Source: a virus (lineage: Duplodnaviria > Caudoviricetes). Taken from it: a stretch of 64,000 bases of DNA. This document shows, in pieces, positions 8,834-18,083 of this stretch (the first letter of the stretch is position 1; each line of letters begins with the position of its first letter). The notes under the pieces are model-generated. The model did no database searches, was not told where the DNA came from, and worked only from the letters and a program-made list of their open reading frames with translations. Location of the stretch: the IMG/VR virus record IMGVR_UViG_3300018063_000004, positions 369 to 64,368 of that record, one strand, 5' to 3'. The position numbers and the translations under genes are program-made.

Positions 8834-9244
8834 CTAGACTCCGGCCAAAAAATGCACCCGCGAACACTGACACCCGAAGCCAGGATCTGGTCCGCCAGCG
8901 TCCTCTCTGAACAAAATCTCGCCGCACGCACCCGGGATGTCCTCGGTCATCAACACCTTGACTGTGACCCCAGTCGCCGCGTCGACGACCTCCCGCGGCC
9001 GCTGCCGGCGTTGCTTGCACGCCAGAATGAGCGCGAGGTCTTGTCGATCGAGTTCTTCGGCCAGGCCGACGAACATCCGACGGACTTTCTTGACGAGCAC
9101 AAGGCGCCGGCGGCCGTCCCCATCCCGACCTCCTTCGGCCGCCTTGCCGTCCTCGGTGCCGCCCTCTGGGAGAGCAGCCAGGTGCGCCGGCACAATGAGA
9201 CCGCTGGCACGTTCGGCGAGTTGTCCCGAGAGCGACGCGTTCAT
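8834..9244 (-). CDS. Hypothetical protein with possible Zn site
   Basis: Coupled ORF; C..C..CxC residues. Confidence 0.55.
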   Translation of the reverse strand: MNASLSGQLAERASGLIVPAHLAALPEGGTEDGKAAEGGRDGDGRRRLVLVKKVRRMFVGLAEELDRQDLALILACKQRRQRPREVVDAATGVTVKVLMTEDIPGACGEILFREDAGGPDPGFGCQCSRVHFLAGV

Positions 9245-9753
9245 GTCACACGAGGATCGCGAATGAGATACGCGCGCAACCGTTGCCGGGCCCTCGAGAG
9301 CGCCCGTCGGTCGGTTGCGTCATGTGCTACATAGACCGTGCCGAGCCCCAAACTGTGACAGATCAACGTTTTGTCATGGGATTTCAACCGGTTCAGCGCG
9401 TCCGTGAAGGCCTCGTGCCGACGTGCGTTTCGGAGATGTTCGTCTGGATCGACCACGGCCTCATGGGGATTCGTGAAGGCCGCCAGGCGGTCGCGCGTGC
9501 GCTCAAATCGGGCGCGGTCCGCGTGCGTATCTCGAGCGACAGACACCGTCACGCGGTAGATCCAGGTGCGAATGGCGCCCGGATCCCGAAGGCCGTTCAT
9601 GCTCTGACAGAGCCGGAGGCCGACCTCGGCGACGACGTCGGGCGCTTCATCGTGCCCAACCTCCTGCACGGCAACGGCTTCCACGAAGCCGCGGTGCTGC
9701 GCGAACACGTCGCCGATGCGTTTGCGATCGGCTTCATTCAATCGCACGCGCAT
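9241..9753 (-). CDS. ECF-type sigma-70 factor
   Basis: Region 2 (APDVVAEV..L, TWIYRVTVSVARD) and region 4 end (LSRARQRLR). Confidence 0.75.
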   Translation of the reverse strand: MRVRLNEADRKRIGDVFAQHRGFVEAVAVQEVGHDEAPDVVAEVGLRLCQSMNGLRDPGAIRTWIYRVTVSVARDTHADRARFERTRDRLAAFTNPHEAVVDPDEHLRNARRHEAFTDALNRLKSHDKTLICHSLGLGTVYVAHDATDRRALSRARQRLRAYLIRDPRVT

Positions 9754-9822
9754 GATGATATCTGATCTCTTCGGCCGGAACCCGCACGCGGTCAGCGAGT
9801 TCCGGCCTGTTCGAATCCCGTT

Positions 9823-10449
9823 TTACCGGAGCTTGCCAGCGTCGCGCAGCGCCTTGAGTGTCGCCCGGCGTGCGGTCTCTGCCTTCCCGCCTTCCTTGAG
9901 ATAGCCGGTCCGATATTGATGCTCCGTCGATCGCACGATGCCGTCGACTTGTTCCCGTGGCAACGTGAGATTCTCCGGCAACGGCAGCACGACGCGCGTG
10001 TGCGTTTTCGGGTCCTCCCGGTAACAGTTGTACACGACGCGGAGCCGCTCTTCGGTCTCGTTGTCGATCGGGTAACGGATCTTCACGCCGCCGCCCGTCA
10101 CGATCGACACGCCGGCGGGGATCGCCGGCGTGCCATTCGGATCGCCCTGATCGAACCGATGCGCGAGCAGCTCCCGCGGCTTCACCCGCGGATCCGGATT
10201 GATGCCGAAGACGTAGCAGGCCTCGGCGAGCAGCTCGGCATGCACGGGCGAATCGATGAACACACGATCGGCTTTGAAGGCCTCGCGCACGTCGGGCGGG
10301 AGAATCTTGTCGACGAGCGTTGGTTCGCTTGGCGCCGAGGCCTCACCCTGGCCCTCGCCGGTGTCGCCTTCGTCCTCGCCCGGTTTTCGAAGCTCAGCAT
10401 CCTCGGCCTCGGCGGCCTGGCGCCTGGCTGGTGCTTGACGTGGTGCCAT
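9823..10449 (-). CDS. Hypothetical protein
   Basis: GGAG RBS before ATG 10449; 208 aa. Confidence 0.65.
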   Translation of the reverse strand: MAPRQAPARRQAAEAEDAELRKPGEDEGDTGEGQGEASAPSEPTLVDKILPPDVREAFKADRVFIDSPVHAELLAEACYVFGINPDPRVKPRELLAHRFDQGDPNGTPAIPAGVSIVTGGGVKIRYPIDNETEERLRVVYNCYREDPKTHTRVVLPLPENLTLPREQVDGIVRSTEHQYRTGYLKEGGKAETARRATLKALRDAGKLR

Positions 10450-10568
10450 ATAGAAATCGACTCCTGCCGGCGTGAAGGTGGACTGTCGAGGCCGCGCACA
10501 CGCCAGCGATCGGCAACCTCGAGACGGTCGAGTTGACGTGAACCGGGCCATATCCTACGCTCCGAGGC

Positions 10569-10805
10569 ATGGCCGTGACGATCCAGAATGGCAACGATCA
10601 GGCGACGTTCGATAACAGCCGATGGACCTCGGCCGATCCCCGGCTCGAGGCGTTCCTGAACAGCATCATTCCGATCGATCGGATCTCGCCCTCGGTCGGC
10701 CGGCCTGATGTGTTTGTCGCCAGGGACGCGATCGCGCGTCTCGGCGATGGCGCAAAGATCGTCACGGTCAGCACAGAGACACTCCCTCCGGACGCCATAC
10801 CCTAA
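10569..10805 (+). CDS. Small convergent protein, candidate immunity partner of the MuF peptidase
   Basis: 78 aa globular-looking ORF filling the gap; stop overlaps MuF stop; TATCCT -10-like box upstream. Confidence 0.6.
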   Translation: MAVTIQNGNDQATFDNSRWTSADPRLEAFLNSIIPIDRISPSVGRPDVFVARDAIARLGDGAKIVTVSTETLPPDAIP

Positions 10806-12757
10806 CGGAACTTCCCGCGCAGTAGCTCGAAGATGAAATCGAAATACTCCGGATCCGCTTTGGCGAGCGCCGCCGGATCCGCAAAGAAATATTCGATGCC
10901 CATCGAGACGATCTCCGTAGCCTGCAGACCGTAGTCCTTGCCCATATAGGGATCGAGGAACTTATCCTTCCGCGCGCGCTCGTGCGGTTCATAGCCGTAG
11001 CCTGGCTTGAGCGTCGACAACGGCGTGAGCGCCTCGCCCTTCGTGCGCGCCTCGAGGAACCGGAACGCCGCGGCCTTCACGTCCGGCGCGTTGAACTCGA
11101 GGATATGCCCGATCTCATGCGCGATCGTTCTGGCGGTTTCGTTCATGTTCAGATTGATCGAATTGTTTTGCTGCCTCGCGAATGCCCTCGAGACGAACGT
11201 GCCGGACCCATCCCGCGCGCGATCGACGACGATTGAGCTGATCGTGCCGTGGCCAACGAGCTTTCCGACTTCCTCAAGCGTTTGACGGATCCGCTTTGTG
11301 ACTTCAGCGCCGTTAATTGGCCGGAACCGGATCGTTCGTTTATTGAATGCCTGATCAGTGCCAAACTCGGCGCCGGGCGCGATGTGAAATTCGATCGTCC
11401 GCCGGTCTGTAACCGGAACGGCCAGGCGCCGACGAAGCGCCCTGGTTTCTGCGTCAAGGTTCGCCTTGAGCTGTCGCTGGAGCCGGTTCATTTCTCCGAG
11501 GAATCGATCCACGTCCTCAGCCGCGGCGATATAGCGTGGATCGGCACGAATCACTTCATCGGCGAGCTTCTCGAGGCGCGTGTTGGCCGCCAGCCATTCG
11601 TGTTGCGCGCGTAGATGACTGTCCGCCAGGTTGCGGCGTTGCTGATCAAACCGATCGGCGACCTTCGTGAGCGAGTGACGCACGTCGGCCGCTGACCGCG
11701 GCGGCCGCGGTGGCCGCGGCGCCGGCCTCGGCACGACGGGCGGTTCCCCCACCACAGCGGGCGACGGTTCTGGGGTGACACGGCTCCTCGAGGTCGAGAA
11801 CGCCCGGAGTTCGTCCAGGTTGAAATCGACGAAGGCTCCACAGCGGCACATAATTGTTGCCCCCGCGGCCAGCCGGCCCGCCGGCGTCGCGTCTGGATCT
11901 ATTGGAAAACGCAAGAGCGCCACACCGAGCAGCTTCGGCGGTTTGCCTGGCGCTTCGCTGTGAACATTGATCCGGAACCGATCACGCACCGGGATCCCGT
12001 GCCCGCGCGCGTAGGTCTGCGCGGCCTCCAGATGCCCCTGACGCACCCGCGCATCTCGAGCGGAACGCCAGCCCTTGCGGAGAAAGGGGAACTGATTCGC
12101 CAGGCCGAGCAAGCGATCGAAGGTGGATTCGTTCAGCACGCGACCAAGTTCCGTTCGCACCATTCGCTCGGCCTTGAATTCGGCCGCATCGAAGCCCGCG
12201 TCCCCGATGTTCGCGGCGAGCTTCCGGAGTTCATCGAAACTGGCCTCGCCAGCGATCGCCGCACGCCGCACGCCCTGGACGAGCTGATTCCGGAACCGTT
12301 GCATGGGTTCGGAGAGCAGATCGGCCGTCAAGTCAAACGCGCGTGTGGCCAGCGCGCGATCGAGCTGCGGCGCCCGGCTGAGTGCCACGCGCGCTGCCCG
12401 AAGCGGTTCATCCGCGCTCGAAGCTCCGAGGTCCTGTGCCTGGCCGAAGGCAGCCTTGGTGCCCGCGAGGAGATCGGCTTGCGCTTCGGCAATCAAGCGA
12501 TCGATATCAAGGATCAGACTCGAGGCCGTGAAGCGTCGGAACTGGGAGGCCCCGGCGGAGGCGAGCACGCCCTGCAGCTCGCGCTTGAGTTGCTGAAGGC
12601 GAGCCAGTAGTCGCTGGACGACGTCGCGCTCGAGCCCGAGCGCGGACCGTTGGACCTCACGTCCAGCCGAGGCGCCGGCTGCCGCCCGCCTGGCCGGCGA
12701 GTTCGGATCAGAGGCCTCATAGGCCGGCGCGAGCGCCAGGTTGCCCCGTGTCAACAT
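10802..12757 (-). CDS. MuF/gpF minor head protein with C-terminal zincin metallopeptidase
   Basis: AERMVRTE, KGWRSARDARVR..H, IMCRC; Pro-rich linker; AHEIGH and ATEIVSMG. Confidence 0.85.
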   Translation of the reverse strand: MLTRGNLALAPAYEASDPNSPARRAAAGASAGREVQRSALGLERDVVQRLLARLQQLKRELQGVLASAGASQFRRFTASSLILDIDRLIAEAQADLLAGTKAAFGQAQDLGASSADEPLRAARVALSRAPQLDRALATRAFDLTADLLSEPMQRFRNQLVQGVRRAAIAGEASFDELRKLAANIGDAGFDAAEFKAERMVRTELGRVLNESTFDRLLGLANQFPFLRKGWRSARDARVRQGHLEAAQTYARGHGIPVRDRFRINVHSEAPGKPPKLLGVALLRFPIDPDATPAGRLAAGATIMCRCGAFVDFNLDELRAFSTSRSRVTPEPSPAVVGEPPVVPRPAPRPPRPPRSAADVRHSLTKVADRFDQQRRNLADSHLRAQHEWLAANTRLEKLADEVIRADPRYIAAAEDVDRFLGEMNRLQRQLKANLDAETRALRRRLAVPVTDRRTIEFHIAPGAEFGTDQAFNKRTIRFRPINGAEVTKRIRQTLEEVGKLVGHGTISSIVVDRARDGSGTFVSRAFARQQNNSINLNMNETARTIAHEIGHILEFNAPDVKAAAFRFLEARTKGEALTPLSTLKPGYGYEPHERARKDKFLDPYMGKDYGLQATEIVSMGIEYFFADPAALAKADPEYFDFIFELLRGKFR

Positions 12758-12791
12758 AGGTCTTGAATATCGCGCGCGAGCGCGGTCGATT

Positions 12792-13160
12792 TCATAGCTC
12801 TCCCAGGAGAACGATGATGTCGTCGTCCGCTTTCAGGCTCGCACGACCGCGCACCGGGATCCGTGTGCTCTCGAGCACCACGCCTTCGTCGAGCAGCCAG
12901 CCCTGGAAGGCTTCCACCCGCACGCGGATCGGCACAATCATCGCGAACAGTTCGAGCGCCTCGCCGACGAGCGCGGCCGTGTGGCTGTGAATGCGACGCC
13001 GGACCAGCTCACTTGAGAGCGTGACGGCGTCGGTGTCGAGCTGGCCGAGGAACCGATGGATCGTGAACCGAACACGCGCGATCGGACGCCTGAACAGATC
13101 GCCGGCGCTCTGACCGGCTGAGACGACGACTTCCCACAGCGAACGGAGCCCGAGTAGCAC
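12792..13160 (-). CDS. Hypothetical head-region protein
   Basis: GGAG RBS; in operon. Confidence 0.55.
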   Translation of the reverse strand: MLLGLRSLWEVVVSAGQSAGDLFRRPIARVRFTIHRFLGQLDTDAVTLSSELVRRRIHSHTAALVGEALELFAMIVPIRVRVEAFQGWLLDEGVVLESTRIPVRGRASLKADDDIIVLLGEL

Positions 13161-13171
13161 TATGTCTCCGT

Positions 13172-13759
13172 TCAGATGATCGTCAATTCGATACGCACCG
13201 TCGTTAGGCCCACAGGCGCCAGTGCCGTCGTTTTGACCATGACGCCTTGGCCTTCTCGCAACACGATCGGTTGACCGCCGCTGTTCTGAAACTCGTAACA
13301 GGGTGGCGGGTTCATAATCGCCCGCGCTTCTTCCAGATCCGTCGCACAGCCGCCTACGTCAAAGGTCACCACGGGATCGGTCGTGCAGGTATGGGACGAC
13401 GTGATCTGCGCGGGAACGGCCGGGTTTTGCGAATCCAGCGGCTGGATCGTGATCGCCGTGCAGGTCGTGCCGACCGTAGACGTGACCGAGTAGGTGAAGT
13501 GCGCCGCGATGCCAGTGACTGTGGCCGTATTCGCCGGGCTGATATAAATCCCGACAATGCGGACGATTCGCCCAGACCCACTGTCGTTGAACAGATTTAA
13601 ATAGTCTTTCGACGCCGCCGCCGTCGCGCTGATGATCGTCGTGTTGTAGGTAGGCGCTTGACTCGGGTAGGTCGCTTGACTCTGGCCAGGCTGAACGCCC
13701 TGGGCCACCAGAGCAGCCATGCACACAACGAGCGCGATCATCCGTTGGAGTCTCGTCAT
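13172..13759 (-). CDS. Secreted jelly-roll-like protein A
   Basis: N-terminal signal peptide (GQS|Q); LFNDSGSGRIVR..PIVLREGQG; 4 Cys in mature part. Confidence 0.75.
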   Translation of the reverse strand: MTRLQRMIALVVCMAALVAQGVQPGQSQATYPSQAPTYNTTIISATAAASKDYLNLFNDSGSGRIVRIVGIYISPANTATVTGIAAHFTYSVTSTVGTTCTAITIQPLDSQNPAVPAQITSSHTCTTDPVVTFDVGGCATDLEEARAIMNPPPCYEFQNSGGQPIVLREGQGVMVKTTALAPVGLTTVRIELTII

Positions 13760-14343
13760 CGAATCTCCACCATCATCGTCTTCCGCACGAATCCTGATTC
13801 AGAAGAAAACAAGTTGTGCAACATGGCCCCTTCACCAGGTCGAAGAATAATCGGCGTTTGTCCTTTGACTTTGTAGTCAAAACACCAAAAGGGCGGGGCC
13901 TTTGTCGCAGATTCTTCATTCAACAGGCTGCACCCGCCATAGCGAAAGACCTGTGTTGGGTTCGCGGTGACGCAGTTGCCTCTGCTAAACGTCACCCCGG
14001 TCACGCTCGGATTTGTCGAATCAAGCGCGTTGACTGGAAGCGTGACGCAATCCACTCCGGCAGTGGAAATGTGCGTCAGGGTGTAGACCACCTGGACGCC
14101 AGCATTCACGCCAGTCGGCTGCGTCGCCATGTGAATCCCTAAGAGGCGCACGACCTTTCCGGAACCAGCCGTGTTGAAGATGATCAGGCAGGGAAGGACG
14201 GGACAGCCGACCGTAGACGTAAAGGTGTAGGTAAACGCCTGCTGCCGCGACCAGTCCGGCGTCAGTTGACCGCGCGCAGGCCGGACCAGGGCGATCCCGA
14301 GTCCGACGATGACCAGCGCCGTCGTGAATCGCGTCCAGGTCAT
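13756..14343 (-). CDS. Secreted jelly-roll-like protein B (paralog of A)
   Basis: Signal peptide (ARG|Q); IFNTAGSGKVVR..PIILRPGEG; 6 Cys. Confidence 0.75.
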   Translation of the reverse strand: MTWTRFTTALVIVGLGIALVRPARGQLTPDWSRQQAFTYTFTSTVGCPVLPCLIIFNTAGSGKVVRLLGIHMATQPTGVNAGVQVVYTLTHISTAGVDCVTLPVNALDSTNPSVTGVTFSRGNCVTANPTQVFRYGGCSLLNEESATKAPPFWCFDYKVKGQTPIILRPGEGAMLHNLFSSESGFVRKTMMVEIR

Positions 14344-14999
14344 TGCTTCCCCTTGAATGCGTAGTTGATGACTGACGCGGCACCAGCCTGCACGCGGATC
14401 CCGCCGGTGAAGATTTTCCCGTTCGGGTGCCATTCGATCTGCGAGTTCGGCGGCACGAAAATGCTGTTCACGTAGGTGAACGGCGTGCCGGCATTGTCCT
14501 TGATGATCACGGTCGTCGTCTGCGTGCCGATGTTCGTCACGAACATCCAGTCCAGGCACGTCGCCGTGGCCGTGACCACCGTATCGGTCGAGGGCATCGC
14601 CGCGTTCGTCTCAAAGTTCGTGGACCCACAGCCGGATGGATCGCCGCCGGCTCCCGACAGCACTTCCACTTTGAAGCCCCCCGCCGCACCCAACGCCGTC
14701 GGTAGGGGCACGACTGTGCCGCCGGAAAAGAGTTCCGACGCCAGATTGAAATTCGTAGCCGTTTGCTTAAGTTGTTGCCCTTGCGATCCGAAGACGACAC
14801 CCAACAGCCGCGCCCCCCGATCCGACACATCGCGCGGATCGATGTGCGCCCCGCCAAAGACGATCTTGAACGGCCAGGCGTTCGCGTCCGATGTCGTCGC
14901 CGCTTCGCCTTGACCGACGACTTGCGCGTGAGCGGCTGCGGCGAGCAAGAAGAAGAGTCCGAGCACGATTGCGACCATTCGATAAATCGCGTTCATCAT
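14340..14999 (-). CDS. Secreted fibre-like protein
   Basis: Signal peptide (AHA|Q); AWPFK..IDPRDVSDR fibre-like segment plus beta-sandwich; 2 Cys. Confidence 0.7.
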   Translation of the reverse strand: MMNAIYRMVAIVLGLFFLLAAAAHAQVVGQGEAATTSDANAWPFKIVFGGAHIDPRDVSDRGARLLGVVFGSQGQQLKQTATNFNLASELFSGGTVVPLPTALGAAGGFKVEVLSGAGGDPSGCGSTNFETNAAMPSTDTVVTATATCLDWMFVTNIGTQTTTVIIKDNAGTPFTYVNSIFVPPNSQIEWHPNGKIFTGGIRVQAGAASVINYAFKGKQ

Positions 15000-15475
15000 T
15001 TCTCTCCTACTAATTGCGCGTTGACGGCTGGCGCGCTCCCGGCGTTCCATTTGGCCCCGACCATCGTCGCCCGGCCAAGCAGCTTGAACTCGGTCATGTT
15101 TCGTTGCAGCTCATACTCGTTCAGGTAAAAGCTTCCGGCCGTGTTCGTCAGCGTCACCTTCTGTTTCGTCGTGGTTAGGTTGCAGAGCAAAATCCCAATC
15201 GCTCGGATTGTGTCGGTCGTAATCGCGGTCAGTGCAGCCGGTAGAGTTGTGATCCCGCTGTCGTAGCCTGGCGCCACGTCGCGCACGGCGGCACCAAAAT
15301 CCGTCGGCGCTGGCAGCGCGTTCGAGACTTTCTGGCGTGCGCCGGCTGTTTCTGGATCCCCGACCGAGACGACTTCCCGTTCAACCTCGCCCGCGGCGGT
15401 CGTGAGTCGAACCGTCTCCATTTTCTTGCCGGTCGAATCCGGCGCGACTTGAATGAAGGATTCCGTCACGGCCAT
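14996..15475 (-). CDS. Fibre-like virion protein (no signal peptide)
   Basis: QVAPDSTGKK..VSVGDP; C-terminal domain resembles that of 14340-14999. Confidence 0.65.
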   Translation of the reverse strand: MAVTESFIQVAPDSTGKKMETVRLTTAAGEVEREVVSVGDPETAGARQKVSNALPAPTDFGAAVRDVAPGYDSGITTLPAALTAITTDTIRAIGILLCNLTTTKQKVTLTNTAGSFYLNEYELQRNMTEFKLLGRATMVGAKWNAGSAPAVNAQLVGEK

Positions 15476-15479
15476 GCGC

Positions 15480-15920
15480 TTATCTCTGTGTCAAGACGAT
15501 CGTGATCTTTTCGAGATCGCCGATGTGCTCGACCGTTCGCGGCGCCGGAACTAACAAGCCAGTGGCTTTGTCGAGTGTTGTGAATTGTTCGCCGCCGACC
15601 AGTAGGACCGTATCTTTGGTGACGATGAAATAGCCGGCGATCGGGCGATTCGTTGGACCCTGAAACATGAACACGACTTCCGGGTAACGCGCGATCGCCG
15701 GCCGATTCGAGCGCGCGTCGTCGATCGTCCATTCTCGAGGATCGAGACGGACCGCGGCATAGCCCGGGCCCTGGACTTCGGTATAGCGCGCCGCGGTATC
15801 GGTCGGTTGAGGCGTGCGTTCGTTGGTGAAGAGCTTCAAGATCAATTCTTCCGGCTGCCGGCGCGCGAGCTGCACCTCGAGCCGGTAGGTCGTCCAGGCA
15901 TGCGTCGTCATGCCTGGCAT
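15480..15920 (-). CDS. Virion structural protein
   Basis: LKLFTN..P..YTEV..GY..VF..IAGYFI pattern of phage structural/fibre-base proteins. Confidence 0.6.
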   Translation of the reverse strand: MPGMTTHAWTTYRLEVQLARRQPEELILKLFTNERTPQPTDTAARYTEVQGPGYAAVRLDPREWTIDDARSNRPAIARYPEVVFMFQGPTNRPIAGYFIVTKDTVLLVGGEQFTTLDKATGLLVPAPRTVEHIGDLEKITIVLTQR

Positions 15921-17723
15921 CTACAACTCCTTGACATTCTCGGAGCCAATAATCTGGCCGTTGCTATCCCTCACGACCTTTCTCGGCGGCGACGTGAGAT
16001 CGACATTCACGCGAGCGCCCTCCACGGTGACGGCCGCCGGCGCGACGTTGACGGTAATCGGCGCCGCCTGTGCCGACCGCCGGTCAGCGAGACGGCCCCC
16101 GAGGTCCTCAAGCTGCCGACTGATGGTCTCGAGCCTGCCGTGGCCGTTCCCGCCATGGGGTTCCAGCCGCTCCGCCTCCTCCCGCTGCGCGTCCTCATCC
16201 GGATCCGGCCGGCCGAAGGGGGGATTCGTCGGCCGCCCAGGCCGAGCGGCCGCGGCCGCGGCCATGGCTGCTTGCATCTCGTCCGCGCGCCCCTGGCGTT
16301 CTGCGGCGTCCGCGTCCGCCTCGTCCATGACGTCTTGCGCTTTGAAATCGAAGCCCGATCCGAGATGTTTCGTGAGCGCCAGCGTGATGATGGACGCGAC
16401 ACGCCGGCTGATCGTCTTGTTGTTCATGGCCGTATCCATCGCGGCGACGATCTGCGAGAGTGCGCTGCCCACGCGCGAAATGTCCTTCGCCGCAATCTCC
16501 GGCATGTTCACGCTGAATACGTCGGTCGTCAGATGGCGGAACAAGATCGGATTCAACCCGCGCTGTTGCTCGATCCCGAAGCGGAGGATCTGAGTCAGAA
16601 ACCCGCCGAACTCCTTCTGCCGCGCCGCCGGCGTTTTCATGGCCACGTCGTTCTGTCCTTCGATGGTTGCGCGGTTGCTGTCCTGCCAGCCGAACCAGGC
16701 GATCGGCATGCCGAGCGAGCCGGCAATATGGATGGTCAAGAGGCGCGCGGTTTCTGATCGGTCCGTCGCGTTCAAGGCGGGCGAGAGTGCGGTGAGCTTC
16801 TCGTGCTGATTGCGGCCGAACACCGAGCCGGCTGATGGCGTGCCGATCTCGGCCATGCGCTCGGCGATCTGCACTTTCGTGGCGTCCTTGATCTCGAGAT
16901 CCCACACGAAGGCGGAGAGCAACCGGACGCGCTCCACCTCCGCAAACATATATTGATCGAAGAGATCCAGCCAATCGGCCAACGGGAGGTAGTCCGAGCG
17001 CCCGCGGCTCGAGTTCGGCAGATTGTTGATCGCGAAGTAAAAACACTCGCCCTCGAGGCGGCCGGTCAGCGGATTCTCCTGGATGATCGTGATCCGCCGC
17101 GACTCGGCCTCATGCGGTTGTCGTTTGAGCCGGACGAACTCTGGGACGAGGACGTTATCCGGGCGCGTCTCGACTTCCTCAATCTGATAGGGATCGATGA
17201 ACCCGATCGTCGGCACACCCGTCACGTCGTTGACCGCCACGGGCAGGACCAGTTCGCCGTTCAACATCAGCGCATTCGAGAGCTTGCGCGCGCGTTCGCC
17301 GAGCCGATTGATGGGATGGTTCCAGACCTTGCCGACCGCCTCCGCGATCTTCGGGTCTTGCGCGTCAAAGCTGAGGCCTTCGCCCACGACCAGGTCGGTC
17401 TGAGCGGTGATCAGGCGGCGCGCGAAGGGATTCGTTTCGTAGAGAAACCAGGCGATTTCCAGCATCCGATCTTGTTGCATGGGCTGGAGATCGCGCTTTT
17501 TGAACTTCGTCCCGCTCGAGAGCCGGCGGAATTGATAGTCGTCGCTATCGATCATGCCGGCGATGGGTGAGAGCGTGAGCGCCTCGGCGCGCCTGGCGGC
17601 CGCGGCCTCTGACGCCTCCGACCGCCGGAGCGGCAGATCGAGGAACGGTTCCTCCACGGTGGCCACCGCGGTGACGAAGATGGGCGGATGCATAAACGCG
17701 CGGACGCGATCGCGAAAGCTCAT
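15921..17723 (-). CDS. Portal protein
   Basis: Downstream of terminase; NPFARR, NGE, RGRSD motifs; 600 aa. Confidence 0.88.
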   Translation of the reverse strand: MSFRDRVRAFMHPPIFVTAVATVEEPFLDLPLRRSEASEAAAARRAEALTLSPIAGMIDSDDYQFRRLSSGTKFKKRDLQPMQQDRMLEIAWFLYETNPFARRLITAQTDLVVGEGLSFDAQDPKIAEAVGKVWNHPINRLGERARKLSNALMLNGELVLPVAVNDVTGVPTIGFIDPYQIEEVETRPDNVLVPEFVRLKRQPHEAESRRITIIQENPLTGRLEGECFYFAINNLPNSSRGRSDYLPLADWLDLFDQYMFAEVERVRLLSAFVWDLEIKDATKVQIAERMAEIGTPSAGSVFGRNQHEKLTALSPALNATDRSETARLLTIHIAGSLGMPIAWFGWQDSNRATIEGQNDVAMKTPAARQKEFGGFLTQILRFGIEQQRGLNPILFRHLTTDVFSVNMPEIAAKDISRVGSALSQIVAAMDTAMNNKTISRRVASIITLALTKHLGSGFDFKAQDVMDEADADAAERQGRADEMQAAMAAAAAARPGRPTNPPFGRPDPDEDAQREEAERLEPHGGNGHGRLETISRQLEDLGGRLADRRSAQAAPITVNVAPAAVTVEGARVNVDLTSPPRKVVRDSNGQIIGSENVKEL

Positions 17724-18079
17724 GAAGCCCTCTCCAGTGTCAAGACCGCGATCGCTTTTCGGCGCGCGGATTTCTCAAGTTTCGAGACGGTGACAATCGA
17801 GAGCTGAAGACGTCGCACGATTTGCGCCTGTGTGACTGGCACATCTGACCCAATACCGAGCCGCAGCTCGAGCACGCGCGCTTCGTTCGCCGTGAGGCGT
17901 GTCTTGATCGTCGGCCAGTGCGGCTTGAGGAAGGCGCGCCAGCGCCGACGGGAGGCTTCGCGAGCCGCGGTAGTCAAACGCTCCCCCCTGGTCAGAGAAG
18001 GTCCGACGCCCGCGCGAGGTTCTTCCTGTGGCGCGTTCGTGGAAGGATGTCGGCTGAGTGTAGCAGAGCTGTCTCGCAT
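17720..18079 (-). CDS. Sigma-70 region-4-like HTH protein
   Basis: LTANEARVLELRLGI..TQAQIVRRLQLSIVTVSKLEKSARRK. Confidence 0.7.
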   Translation of the reverse strand: MRDSSATLSRHPSTNAPQEEPRAGVGPSLTRGERLTTAAREASRRRWRAFLKPHWPTIKTRLTANEARVLELRLGIGSDVPVTQAQIVRRLQLSIVTVSKLEKSARRKAIAVLTLERAS

Positions 18080-18083
18080 GGGC

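Noticed and set aside
10009-10018. CGGGTCCTCC match to the switch motif
   Set aside because: Inside a CDS, explained by Glu-Asp-Pro codons; only 10 of 11 bases match and no terminator follows
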